64,000 bases of DNA from Eledone cirrhosa (lineage: Eukaryota): positions 16,058,001 to 16,122,000 of the forward strand of contig OZ024754.1 in assembly GCA_964016885.1 (NCBI GenBank). The letters are read 5' to 3'. Made by a program: the position numbers and the translations under genes. The notes beneath the pieces are model-generated. The model was not told where the DNA came from, made no database searches, and saw nothing but the letters and a program-made list of their open reading frames with translations. Of the stretch, positions 50,301 through 63,768 are shown in pieces; the stretch's first letter is position 1, and each line of letters opens with the position of its first letter.

Positions 50301-51090
50301 ACAAAGTGCAGGGCAATAAAGATAGACGGTAGCCACGGAGTAGGCAGACCCAGAAAAACATGGGACGAGCTGATAAATTCCGACCTCACACGCTTACACC
50401 TCTCCAAGACAATGTCACTGGACCGAGACCTTTGGCGGTACTCAGTAATAGAGAAGACCCGCCTTACCTAAATACAAAGTAAAAACCTACTACAGTCAGT
50501 AGGCATCTCTATCAACCCCCCCCGTCCCACCACCTCCACCCCATCCACACCGCCCCTTTCAATGTAAAGTTATGTTGGTCCCACAACATCCAGGCTGAAA
50601 CAAATGAGATCGTGTAGGTGTCACGACAAAAAAACACACAGTCCACGCTGTAAATGTGGCCGTGTAGGCAACACGGTAAAAACCTCCCAGCCCCACACTG
50701 TAAATGTGGTTGGTGTTAGGAAGGGCATCCAGCTGTAGAAAACCCGCCAGACAGTCCACGCTGTAATGTGGCCGTGTAGGCAACACGGTAAAAACCTCCC
50801 AGCCCCACACTGTAAATGTGGTTGGTGTTAGGAAGGGCATCCAGCTGTAGAAAACCCGCCAGACAGTCCACGCTGTAATGTGGCCGTGTAGGCAACACGG
50901 TAAAAACCTCCCAGCCCCACACTGTAAATGTGGTTGGTGTTAGGAAGGGCATTCAACTGTAGAAAACCCGCCAGACAGTCCTATGCGAGCAAGACAACCA
51001 CTCTTGCCTCAAGTGGGAAAACCCCCGTCCAAACCCATGCAAGCGTGGAACACGGACGCTAAACCTGATGATGATGATGATGATGATGAT
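47319..51090 (+). mobile_element. Near full-length RTE LINE (APE, RT, PHD-like finger), two frameshifts
   Basis: ORFs 47364-47981, 48020-48826, 48747-50471; 13-bp deletion near 47970 and an extra base in the C run near 48780; (GAT)n tail. Confidence 0.97.
50638..50974 (+). repeat. Tandem triplication of a ~112-bp unit in the RTE 3' UTR
   Basis: acagtccacgctgta...gaaaacccgccag starting at 50638, 50751 and 50863. Confidence 0.92.
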
Positions 51091-51498
51091 ATATCAAATA
51101 TATAAGAACCCTAGAGCAAATATTGTTCTCATTGCTGACGAGGCAGAAGGGGATATACACGATTGGCTGAAGAAGGACGAGACTGTGTTAGTAGTACGAC
51201 CAACGGCCGCTATCACACCAACAGCTGCAAAAACACAACAAAAAAGAGGGAACGCAATTACATGCTTTTGAAAAATCTTAATGGAAAATTATTTGCCTAT
51301 TCACCCAAGGCGACTTCACTTTTTATTAGGACTTCTGCATCAACTGGTGAACATACGACAAAACTGTTTCAGAAAGGAGGGATAAACATGCCAATCTATG
51401 TTTAGAATCCCGAGCAACGCCTGGCCATTCTGCTAGTTATGTTTAGATATTACAATTAGCCGTCATTTTTGATGGCACAGGGCCAGCTAGTCAACTTT

Positions 51499-51616
51499 AA
51501 TAATTGTTTCTACTTTTGGCACAAGGCCAGCAATTACCCAGTGCATTACTGGTACTTTATTTTATTGACCCCGTAAGGATGAAAGGCAAAGTTAAGCTCG
51601 GCGGGATTTGAACTCT
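51499..51616 (-). mobile_element. Family-1 SINE, 5'-truncated
   Basis: Tail, core and B box only. Confidence 0.85.
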
Positions 51617-51752
51617 TGAATGTGTGTATATTTCTATATTTGTCCATCACTCACTGAAAAGGAAGATGACTGAGGAAGGAAGGGAGTGGTGACCAGCTAT
51701 ACAAACCAGCGACCAGTGTTCTAAGATTCGCTACACTTGTGGGTGTGTATGT

Positions 51753-51974
51753 AGCGAATTGGCAGTATCAGTAGAGGGTCGGATGTCATGCTTTGCAGCA
51801 TAGAGTTACAGTCCTTTACGGTTTGAGCTTAAATCCTGTCGAGGTTAACTTTGCCTTTCATCCTTACGGGGTCGATAAAATAAAGTACCAGTAACACACA
51901 CTGGGGTCAATTTAGTCAACTTTCCCCCTTCCCTTTAAATTGCTGGCCTTGTTCCAAATGTAGAAACAATTATT
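51753..51974 (+). mobile_element. Family-1 SINE
   Basis: ttggcagtatcagtagagggtcgg...ctttgcctttcatccttacggggtcgataaaataaagtacc...tagaaacaattatt. Confidence 0.88.
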
Positions 51975-52199
51975 GTGTTAGTGTGTGTATGTTTATATCA
52001 CTTGTGTATGTGTGTTTATATACTCATCATATAAACATACATTTGCAAACCAAGAGTCAGTTGCAGATAGTTTATCCACAAAAAAGTTTGTAATAAAAGA
52101 ATTATTAAACTAAAAAACTTGATTTTGTACCTTTTTATGTATAAAATACAATTAGCCGTCATTTTTGACAGCACTGGGCCAGCCAGTAGAGATAATAAT

Positions 52200-52365
52200 G
52201 AGGATTTCTAATTGTGGTACAAGGCCAGCAATTTAAGGGAAAGGAAAGTTGATTATATGGACCCCACTACATAACTGGTACTTTATTTTATCAACCTCGG
52301 AAGGATGAAAAGTCAAGTTTATCTCAACAGAGTTTGAATTCTACCAACGCTCTACCAACTCAACC
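52200..52365 (-). mobile_element. Diverged family-1 SINE
   Basis: caaggccagcaattt...ctggtactttattttatcaacc...ggatgaaa. Confidence 0.7.
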
Positions 52366-52777
52366 AATTCACAGAGATTTCCTTTGAATTGTTATATAGG
52401 AAAAACAAAAAACAAAAAGATATTACTCTAACAAATATTTCCCTGGTAGACATGTATATATATATATATATATGTTACTGACCTCAATGACATACTAAAA
52501 GTACAGGCATGCACTAGCATAAAAATATCTGAATAGAAGATTGACATCATTAAAAATTAAGTGATTATTACGATGAAAGAGAAACAAATACATAAAAATA
52601 AACTAAAACAAAGCCAAAAGGAATAAATAGCTATAAGGAAAAGATGTATTATTTGGTACTGGGGAATAATTGATTTTGTTTTATGAATTATAAAAAAAAT
52701 AATAATCATCATCATCATTATAAAAAGTTAATTATGTGAAAATATTTCTGGCATTTGGTAAACTAATGTATTGTAGA

Positions 52778-52824
<47 letters not shown>

Positions 52825-53908
52825 TGTGTGTGTGTGTGTTGGTCATGTATTCCCTAGTCACCAGCCAAAAGACAGATAGGGAAATCATTCACCCTTTATT
52901 CATATCAGCAAAGAGGAAGGTTCTCTTTAACCATTGAGCAGCATGGTGGACCATTACACTACTATTTTGAACTAAAAACACATGGTCTTTTCAAAGATGA
53001 GAGAGATGAGGTTGGAAGAGGGAACCAGTTGATTGAATATATAAGTGGGCAGTTTTTTTTTCTGCTCTACAAGATTCACTACTTACAAAAATAACTGCAA
53101 TTAAAAGATGCTAACAGCTGACCTCGAAAGTGATGCGTATGGAAAATAGAGCCTTTGGAGTCAAACCAAGTACTGAGTGAGAAAATATCCTTTAGTCTTA
53201 ACTCTTAATGTCCTGTACCGCATGAAACCACAGTAGCAATACAGCACTATGATTGCATCACATTTCATGTTCTGTACAGCATGTACTTGTTTACTGTTTA
53301 TACTATAAACATTTGAATTAAGAAATCCACTTTTAGATATCTTCTACTACATTACAGGATGTTAAGAATAAGGTTTGTGTTTGAAGCCTAACTTAAAGGT
53401 TCCTACATAAAATTGTGATGGAAGAGTTTTAGATAAATATAAACAGTTTAAAAAACACAGCTTTCTATTAATGGACAGATTTTATGGGCAAAAGCAACTG
53501 GCAGGAGACCCAGAGTTAGACCCCAAGCAAGAGGGCTAGATAACATCCATGAGCTTGTCTAGTCTTGTTTGGGGTTCCAGCTGGATCAGTTGGAAACGGT
53601 TGCTTCTGACAGGACCTGCAGGAAGGAGTGTTTGAAGACTCTGCTCCCACGACCCTCTCAGAATAGGTGGGTGAAAAAGCTTTCTATTATAAAAATAGGG
53701 CCAGTTTCAGGCAGTTTGGTATCAAAAGGGTTAATTATACCCATGAGAAAGACATGAACATTAACCAATCTCTTTTTACCCCTTATTAGATGTCAAAATA
53801 ATTTTAAAAATAAATATTTCATAAAAAATAATCTATATCATATTTAAAGGGTTTAGAACTTAATATTAAATATTTTATCAGTTTTTTCTTCATTATTAAA
53901 TACAAGTT

Positions 53909-54101
53909 AGGGCGGTGGATTGGCAGTATCAGTAGAGGGTCAGACGCCATGTCTTGCATCATAGAGTTACGCCCCTTTACGCTTGGAGTTCAAATGCCGG
54001 CGAGGTTAACTTTGCCTTTCATTCTTACAGGGTTGATAAAATAAAGTACCAGTAATGCACTGGGTATTTGCTGGCCTTGTGCCAAAAGTAGAAACAATTA
54101 T
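53909..54101 (+). mobile_element. Family-1 SINE with flanking direct repeat attattaaatac
   Basis: Complete head, core and tail. Confidence 0.9.
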
Positions 54102-55358
54102 TAAATACTCAAAGTGAATATTTTATACACAAATAAAACAGCCTCCCCATCACCAAATGATATCTCCTAACACCTTTAGTAGGAAATATCTAAAAACAGG
54201 TTGGTTAATTCAACAAAATGAGTGCCCTACTGTTGAAAATGGTACTATTGCTACTACAATAATATGCACTAAACGAATACTGTATAAGTGTAGTGTTGGT
54301 GCCACGATAAAATACACCCATCTTACTCAGTAAAGTTTATATATGTGTGTGTATATATATTTCTAATAAGCAACCAAGATATCAAACCTAATTATTAACA
54401 TGAAAAGATTACATTAGTATTTCAGTAGAATTGTTGGTGAGAAATAAATTTTTTTTTTTTTTTCTTTCAAATTATAACACTGGCCATTTTAATAGCAATT
54501 GTCTTGCTGCTATTTTGTAGCATCATTACAGCTGTGAGGTAAATCAATTCTTCGTGTAGACTTTCCAAATACTATTGAATCTCACCACCACAGCTACCAT
54601 CAGCATCATAAACACCCACGACCACCATCACCTCCATCAAGACACCACTGCCACCATCACTACCACTTCCACCCCCATTGCCACTCGAGTTTCTAATGCT
54701 AAAATTATAGTAATCACATAGCAATTGATGGATGATAGGATAGACTATATCCCGACTATACTTAACAGATAACAATATATAGAAAATGGCTTTATCAGTG
54801 AACAGAAGTATATAATAATGAAAGTATTGAAAATAAATAAAGAAAAGATTAACATAATAAAGAGGAGAAAGTGGGAGGTGAGTTTAATAAAAAAGGGGGG
54901 GGGGGGGAGAAAGAGATCAAACTACACTCTTCGCTAGGTGGTATATCTCAGCTGCATTCCACAGATAAGATGGTGAAAACAAGGCTGCAACAAAACAGCC
55001 GATGACACCTGTCACATCAGCCATTTCACCTCAGACAAGATGTACATCTAACAGTTACAGTCATCTCACCTCGGACAAAAGGAACATCTAACAGTCAGTT
55101 ACATCAGTCATTCCACCTCAGACAGGATGCTCTTCACCCAATTTCAAGGAGAAAACGACATTCTAGGGACCAAGAACAACAAAGCAACCATCACAAAAAG
55201 GAAGTGTTTGATTATGTCCTGACACTTGGTCATCTTCTGCTCCTCTATGGCCAAAGTGGTTATTCTATGCAACCTCTTACCATCAACCAACATGTAGCTA
55301 TCACTTTCTCCTCCCTTGCACTGTAGCTTCTGATCTCTTGTAAAGATTTCTAATTTAA

Positions 55359-55563
55359 CCCTTTAGCATTTACATTACTCTATATTTACTATTGTATTTT
55401 CGTGGTAAAGGCTTCATCTCACATAATATCAAATCTATGACATTTTGATATCTTTTTTTAGAACAATACCTTAACATCAGTATGGGTGGCCAGTTACAGC
55501 CGGTTTGAACAGAAAGAAGAGAGAAAATTCTGGCCAGATACAGTCAGTTTAAATGCTAAAGAG
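55359..55563. mobile_element. piggyBac-like MITE
   Basis: ttaa|ccctttagcattta ... aaatgctaaagag|ttaa; homologous to 20128-20332. Confidence 0.75.
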
Positions 55564-56434
55564 TTAAAACAAAAATATCAATAATAAACTCCTTTAATTT
55601 GATTTATAACCAGATTCTATTAGAATAATTAATTAGAGGCCGTTTTCCTTAGAAAATGCAAACAGACAAAATAGTTAAAGTATTAACTCTTTATGCCCTG
55701 TACCACATGAAACTGCATTATGAAAGTACAAAACAGCATTATAACTGCATAACATTAAAAATTGAAGTCATTCTAATATTACAAATTTCTATCAAATACA
55801 ACAAGCTACCCACCAGTAAAGATACTATAAACATTTGAATCAACAAACCTATTTTTAGATAATTTCTTCCAAATCATTAGAGGACATTAAGAGTTGAAGA
55901 AGTAGAATCTGTGTTTTCAGATTTGGCCAACAAATTAATGATAGGAATCGTGATCAAGTGCCAACAGAACAGTAAAAATAAGTTGAAAAGTTTATATTCT
56001 AGAAAAGCTGTGCCAAAATAGGAATTATATTCCAGGCTATTTTAAGTAGTGGTCATTAAAGCCAGGACAAATGAAAAGTGAGCTAACCTAACAAATTCTC
56101 AGAACCCTTTTGCTACCATATTTCTAATGACAGACACTGCTTATGATTTTCAAATAATTTTGAAAATAATCAAAAATTTGGGTGATTTACTAATATAATT
56201 AATATAACTTAGCAAAGGTTGTTACATAAAATTATGATGGAAGGTTTTTTTCAAATAAATATGAATACCGTAAAATAAACAACATTGTATCATGGAACCA
56301 AGGTGGTTTTCACATCAAAAGAGTTAAGTATTTGAAACAGGCATAACTTAGCAGTAAAAGCTTGAGCAATGGTCCAAAATGTTGACAAATCAAACTTGAT
56401 TGATTAGTAGAATGTTCAGAAAGAAACAGTAAAG

Positions 56435-56722
56435 GGACGTAGCTTTGTGGTTAGGGTATTTGGCTCATGATCGTAAGGTTATGAGTTCAATTCCCAGTGG
56501 CATGCCTTGTATATTACTGCAGTCCATTTAGCTGGTAAAAATAAGTTGTACTTGTAATTCAAATTGCCAGCCTTGTATATTCTGTGTCATGCTGAATCTC
56601 CCTGAGAACTACATTAAGGGTAGTTTGTGGAATGCTCATCCATTTGCACATTACTTTCACAAGCAGGCTGTTCCGTTGATCGTATCAACTGGAACACTCA
56701 TCATCGTAACTGACAGAGTGCC
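56435..56722 (+). mobile_element. tRNA-derived SINE, family 3
   Basis: tagctttgtggttagg A box and gagttcaattccc B box followed by a ~220-bp unique body. Confidence 0.55.
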
Positions 56723-59651
56723 TCTACTACTATAGAAAGAAACAATGCCATCAACAATTCTATAACTAGAATTTATATAGCAAGGGTTAAATGTAGCAAT
56801 GCATCTCCAAGAAATTAAAACAACTTATTTTGTATACCTCCAGTAAAAGGCAGAAATGTCAACTGTAAGTTTTATAGAGATTCAACACTGAAAACTGCAA
56901 AATCCTACAATTTATAGTTCTCAAGTTGATTCTTCTTTTTTCACTTAAACAATAAAGACCCACTTTGTTGAGCATCAATATATAATGACAACCTATTTCC
57001 ATCAATTTGATCCCATTTTTCCTGCTAAGCCAGTAAATCTATGAATTGTGTAGCCTCCCTCTACCACAACATACACACTATCATTTAGACAATGTCATGT
57101 TGATATTTCTAGCTAAACAGTCAGAAATCAATAATACAAGATGAATTTATTAGTAGCTGCAAATCTTAACCCAATTTCTCATACAAGCGTCCAACTGCTG
57201 AACTAATTCATTTGGCTTGTCTTTAGGGAACAAAAAGATTTAGGATATTGTGTTCAATATAGATTTATTTAATCTTTTCTCATTATAAAATTTCAATATG
57301 TACCATGCTATAACATAGTTTATTTACCAATACAGGTTTCACATGTGCTTCACAGTAACACCATGTGCAATGAAATCTTTCGAAATTAATACAAAATTAA
57401 TTATGTTGAAATTTATCTGGATGTCAATATATCATCATTTTACGCCCAGTTTCCACACTGGTATGAGTTGGATGAGTTACCATAGCCTGAAACCAGACGA
57501 GTCAGGGCAACCTATCTTGCTTGTTACCTTTCATATCTAGCATGGTTTCTATAGCTGGATGCCCTTCCTAGCACCAACCATCTAAGAGTGTACTGAGTGT
57601 TGTCTCAAGGTACAACCAGCACCAACACTTTACATGGTGAACTGGGTACATTTTATGATGGCACCAACTTTAGAGAGGTTGTCATATGCTAGGCCAGACT
57701 GAAGAGTCGTTTCAAAAACTTACATTATCTCCATTCAGTTGCCAAACACCGTAGCCTCAGATATCTCACCATATTTGCTTTTAGTGCCACAATGCTTGTA
57801 CTGTACAAGATGCAATAATACAAGGCATATTACAAAGAATAGTTAAAATAGCTGTCAATTAAAAAAAGCTGTGTTTTATTCAAATTCTATAATAAATAGC
57901 TAAACAGCAGACTCCACCAGTAATTAATCTAGAATTAATGTCTTTACTTTGTGTTAAGGAATCATCTATGTATTAGCAACGTAGTACAAATGGAGTCACT
58001 TCGATTGAGAAATGGAAAAGAAATGATTGAAAGTTATTCAAGAAAGATTTAAAACTTGTAATTATTGACCATTTATTTTATTTATCAAATGTTTTAAAAC
58101 CATCTCTGTCAATGTAGGGGATAGTTTTGCAGGCCTAATGACAAACTTCTCTATTTTATCCTATCATCTTCCTCCACTGTCTTTAGTCACGTTTTCCAAC
58201 TACTTCCTGCCACATTCCTTTCCATTACATTTCTCATCTAGTCACTGTCATCCATCCTCAACACATGACCCAACCATTTCAATCCATTTCTCTTCCCAAC
58301 ATTCATCACTGGTTCTGCTACTCCTCTCGTGCAGTTACTTTCATCCTTCCTCAACACATGACCCAGCCATCTCGTTTCATTTCTCTTCACAACATTTATC
58401 ACTGGCTCTAGCGATGTTAGTTTTAAGGTTAAATATTACTTTAGAGGGAGCAATCAACAGTAAAATAAAAGAGAGTGAAAAACTAAACACTTCCCATGTC
58501 TTTACATTCTACTAAAGCTGACATTGGTTTTCATACTTCTTAGGTGGATAAATATGAATAATATACTCCAACTGATTGCATTGACAATACTTGTGTGAAA
58601 ATGGTTTATACCAAGCTAAAGAAATCACTATTTTATGGGAACCAATACAAACCGGAAACTTGCTCTGGTCAGCTCACTTAACAAAAATGTAGTTTAGATG
58701 ATTAGCTAATTACAAACAATTCAATTACAAGTATACAAGGTAGGCATTATCTATAATTTACAGGTAATGTCCATCGTCGTCATCATCACTGTCTAACACG
58801 TATTTTCCATGCATGCATGGGTTAGATGGTTTGTTACGTAATGAGGCTTGCAAAGTTAGGTGACCACGTATTGCTCATATGTATCTGATTTTTGGTTTGG
58901 TTTCTATGGTTAGATGCCCTTACTAATGCCAACCACATTACAGTGTAAACTGGGTGCTTTTTATAGTGACACCACCAGTACCCCCTTACAATTCGGACTG
59001 GGTGTTTTTTTGTCATAATACCAGCACAACCACCTAAGAGGGTGGACTGGGATTTTTTTGTCATGGTACCAACACTGTCAGAGAGCATATACAGCTTTCC
59101 ATGCATGTATGCGGTTGGTCAGGAATAGTATCATGTGGAAGAAAAATAAAACAAATAAATCTACCAAGAACTGAAAATGCAATGACAAGACAACCATATG
59201 CAATAATATTATCAAAAGTTTCAATTGTAACAGTAATTATGGCCCATAAAGTAGGGTAGTAGCAACTGAGGATTAAATGGATTAAAAGACTGAAGAGCTA
59301 CACATGTCAGGGAGATAACTGGAAGAATTGCTATAAAAGGGAGGCATTTAGTGATAACTGCAGTAAAATTAGTCTCACAAAACTTGGAACACAATCAATA
59401 ATAGCAGCATAAGCTAAGTGGGAAATTGGCCAAATACTTAACAAATAAAATAAGATGATTGAGCAAGACCAGACACATAAAACAATACATTAAAAAGTTT
59501 GCCATTATGACTACAAGAATACACACTTATAAACCACATAGGTTTACAAATAAAAAGATAGGGAGGTACATACAAAGAATATATGCGTGTGTGTGTGTTT
59601 GTGCATATATATATATACACATACAAAGGATATATGCATATATAAATATAG

Positions 59652-59704
59652 CCCGTCTTAACCCATGCTAGCGTGGAAGATAGACGTTAAACGATAATGA
59701 TGAT
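59652..59704 (+). mobile_element. RTE 3'-terminal stub between ~24-bp direct repeats
   Basis: cccgtcttaacccatgctagcgtggaag...gatgat flanked by atacaa(a/g)ggatatatgcatatata. Confidence 0.7.
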
Positions 59705-59740
59705 ATATATACAAGGGATATATGCATATATATATATAAT

Positions 59741-62556
59741 ATGGGTGGAGTAGGAATCATGTTAGCAGAAAAATGGGTAGATAAGGTAATTGCCGTAAAT
59801 AGAGTGAACAGCAGAATAATTAAAATAAGACTTGTCCTAAATAGAACTACTGTGACAATAATATCCGCGTATGCACCCCAATCTGGACTGCCTGGCGTTA
59901 TAAAGACAGATTCTATGAGTCACTAATGCTCACTACCTCCCAAATAACCGACAGTGACTACATAATTATTGCTGGCGACTTAAATGGTCATGTTGGACAA
60001 CATTCTGATGGCTATGACGGAATCCATGGAGGTTACGGGTTTGGTACTAGAAATGAGGAAGGCTTCAGAATCCTGGAATTCTGTGATGCTAATAACCTAA
60101 CTAACTGTAACACAAACTTAAAAAAACGAGACAATCACTTGACCACCTATAGATCAGGGGAACATGCCAGTCAGATAGATTATATCCTTACCAGAAGACG
60201 TGATAGAGTGTCTGTCGTAAACACTAAATCCCTCCCCCGTGAAGAATGCACCTCCCAACATAGCCTCATAGTTAGCGACCTCATAGTCAGGACTAGACGT
60301 ACTCGACAACAGAGGGGGACTACTCTGAGGAGAAGAATATGGAAGTTAAAGGACCCCACAGCCAGTAACAAATTTAAAAGCATATTACTTGATGCTTTTG
60401 ACAGTAAGGAAGAGCAATTAGAGACGTACAATATAGAGGAACAGTGGGAAATTCCTGAAAGTTAACCTGCTGAAGGCAACAGATGAAATCTGTGGCTGGA
60501 GCAAACCTATAAGCAGGAGGAGTGTAACATGGAGGTGGAACGGTAAGGTGGAGGAGTCAATCAAGGCCAAAAAGCAGGCTTGGAAAGCATGGCAGGATGG
60601 GGGAAGTAGAGAACACTATCAAGTGACCAGGAGAGAAGCTAGGAGACAAGTGTACTTTGCAAGAAGGGAAGCAGAGGAAAGAAAGTTCAAGCATGTTCTA
60701 CAACACGAGGACCAAAAACGTGAGGTGTTCAGGATTGCAAGATAATGTGTCAAGGAAAGCCGTGATATTGTCGGGGAGAAGTGTGTCCGTGACGATGATG
60801 GTATACTTGCCATCACTAATGCTGATAAGAAGGTAGCTTGGAAGTGTCACTACGAGAGGCTACTAGATGAGAAGAATAAATGGGAAAAAGATAGTCTGCC
60901 CCAAATCAATCCAATAGAGGGACCAGCAGTGCAAGTTAAAGGTAGTGTAATAAGTAAGACAATCAAAGATATGAAGACAGGCAAGGCAGCTGGGACTTCG
61001 GAGATAGTTGCTGAAATGCTGAAAGCATCTGGAATGGTGGGACACACTACGGTCACCCGCATAGTAAACCAAGTAATACAGAATGGGATCATACCAAATG
61101 ACTGGCTGAGCAGCATGATCATTAACTGCTACAAGGGTAAAGGAGATGCCCTAGATAGAGGAAACTATAGTAAACCTCTATACTTAGCTTTTGTTGACTT
61201 GGAGAAAGCCTTTGACAGAGTCCCCCGCTCCATTATCTGGTGGGCTCTTAGAAAACTAGGTATTGATGAATGGCTCGTGAGAGCTATACAAGCCATGTAT
61301 AAAGAAACAGTCAGCAAGGTTAGAATTAACAATGAATATAGTGAAGAATTTAGCGTAAAAGTTGGTGTTCATCAGGGCTCTGTCCTTAGCCCCCTCCTAT
61401 TTATTATTGCCCTTCAGGCTATAACAGAGGAGTTCAAGACCCGCTGCCCATGGGAACTCCTATACGCAGATGATCTAACTCTCATAGCTGAATCTATGGC
61501 TGAACTAGAGAAGAAATTCCAAACATAGAAGCATGGCCTAGAATCAAAAGGCCTTAAAGTTAACTTGTCTAAGACTAAAGTTCTAGTTTGTAGAAAGGAA
61601 AATAGGGTACAGGTACCCTCTGGCAAATAGCCATGCTCAGTGTGTAGGAAAGGAGTAGGCAGAAATTCCATCTAATGTCCCAAACGAAAACTATGGATAC
61701 AGAAAAGATGTAGTGGGATCACAGGTAAACTATCTAAGAACGTAGATTTTATATGTGGCTGATGCTCAGGTGCAATAAGTAGCAAGTGCCCACAGGATAC
61801 TAGTTTCTTCCATTGCCCAGATGGTTCTATAGAAATAGTGGACACCTTCCGTTACCTGGGTGACAAAATCAGCAGTGGTGGAGGGTGCTCTGAAAGTACA
61901 GTAGCCAGAGTCAGAACGGGATGGAAAAAGTTCAGAGAGCTTATACCACTGTTGGCCACAAAAGGTTTCTCTCTAAAAATGAAAGGCAGATTGTATGATG
62001 CCTGTATACGAACAGCAATGTTACATGGCAGTGAGACAAGGGCTTTGTGTGCAAAGGATCTGTGCAGACTGGATAGGAACGAAGCTTCCATGCTCCGTTG
62101 GATGTGTAATAGTAATATACGCGAACGGCAAAGCATAAATGAAGTGAGAAATTAGGAATAAGAGGGATCAGATGCTGTTTACTTGAAAGAAGACTACGTT
62201 GGTATGGTCACGTGACGCGCATGAAAGACGACAGTTGAATAAAAAAGAGCAGGGCGATCAAAATTGATGGAAGATACGGAGTAGGTAGACCCCAAAAAAC
62301 CTAGAACGATTTGATAAATTCCGACCTCACACACACCTCTCCAAGACAATGTCACTGGACAGAGAGCTTTGGTGCCACACAGTAATACAGAAGACCCGCC
62401 TTGACTATGTACAAAGCGAAACCTACAGTCAGTAGGCACCTCTTAACCAAATATACATCCCATCCCACTACCCCTACTCCACCCCAACCCCACCAACACC
62501 ACCCTTTGTTTGTAAAATTATGTTGGTACCACAACATTCAGTCCAAAATAAATATG
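59741..62556 (+). mobile_element. RTE LINE, decayed, truncated at both ends, internal deletion near 61170
   Basis: APE and RT fragments with stops and frameshifts. Confidence 0.95.
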
Positions 62557-62632
62557 TATATATGTGTATATATATATATACATATACATATATATACATA
62601 TATACATATATACATATACATATATATAGATA

Positions 62633-62664
<32 letters not shown>

Positions 62665-62872
62665 CATATATATATATACATATATATATATACATATATA
62701 TATACATATATATACATATACATATATATATATACATATACATATATATATATACATATATATATGTATATATATGTATATATATATACATATATATATA
62801 TACATATATATATATACATATATATACATATACATATATATATATACATATATATATATACATATATATACA

Positions 62873-62904
<32 letters not shown>

Positions 62905-63059
62905 CATATATATACATATATATATATATATATACATATATATACATATATACACATATATATATACATATATATACATATATATATATATACATATATA
63001 TATACATATATATATATACATATATATATATACATATATATATATACATATATATATAC

Positions 63060-63092
<33 letters not shown>

Positions 63093-63129
63093 CATATATA
63101 TACATATATATATATACATATATATATAC

Positions 63130-63162
<33 letters not shown>

Positions 63163-63197
63163 CATATATATACATATATATATATACACATATATAC

Positions 63198-63228
<31 letters not shown>

Positions 63229-63449
63229 CATATATATACATATATATACATATATATATATATATACATATATATACATATATATACATATATATATATA
63301 CATATATATACATATATATATATACATATATATACATATATATATACATATATATACATATATATACATATATATATACATATATATACATATATATACA
63401 TATATATACATATATATACATATATATACATATATATACATATATATAC

Positions 63450-63480
<31 letters not shown>

Positions 63481-63543
63481 CATATATATACATATATATA
63501 TACATATATATACATATATATACATATATATACATATATATAC

Positions 63544-63602
<59 letters not shown>

Positions 63603-63768
63603 CACATATATATATATACACATATATACATATATACACATATATACATATATACATATATACATATATATATATACACATATATACATATATATATATA
63701 TATACATATATATAAATATATGTATATATGTATATATATGTATATATATGTATATATATATATATGTA
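62553..63768. repeat. ~1.2-kb (TA)n/(CATATATA)n microsatellite
   Basis: Directly visible. Confidence 0.98.

Larger units (their letters stand above)
45085..51436 (+). mobile_element. Non-autonomous Helitron-like element carrying two nested RTEs
   Basis: A|TCTATATATCTAAAAC...(tgtc)n 5' end; cccgagcaacgcctgg degenerate hairpin and CTAG|T 3' end. Confidence 0.6.

Noticed and set aside
52483-52528. 46-nt minus-strand segment with ttcag acceptor and gtcagt donor, a possible upstream UBE2O exon
   Set aside because: The frame needed to join exon 44438 contains TAG and there is no UBE2O similarity; a poison exon cannot be supported without RNA data.
55005-55135. Three diverged ~40-bp tandem units (also two ~90-bp units near 58245-58405)
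   Set aside because: Small local duplications with no sign of function.
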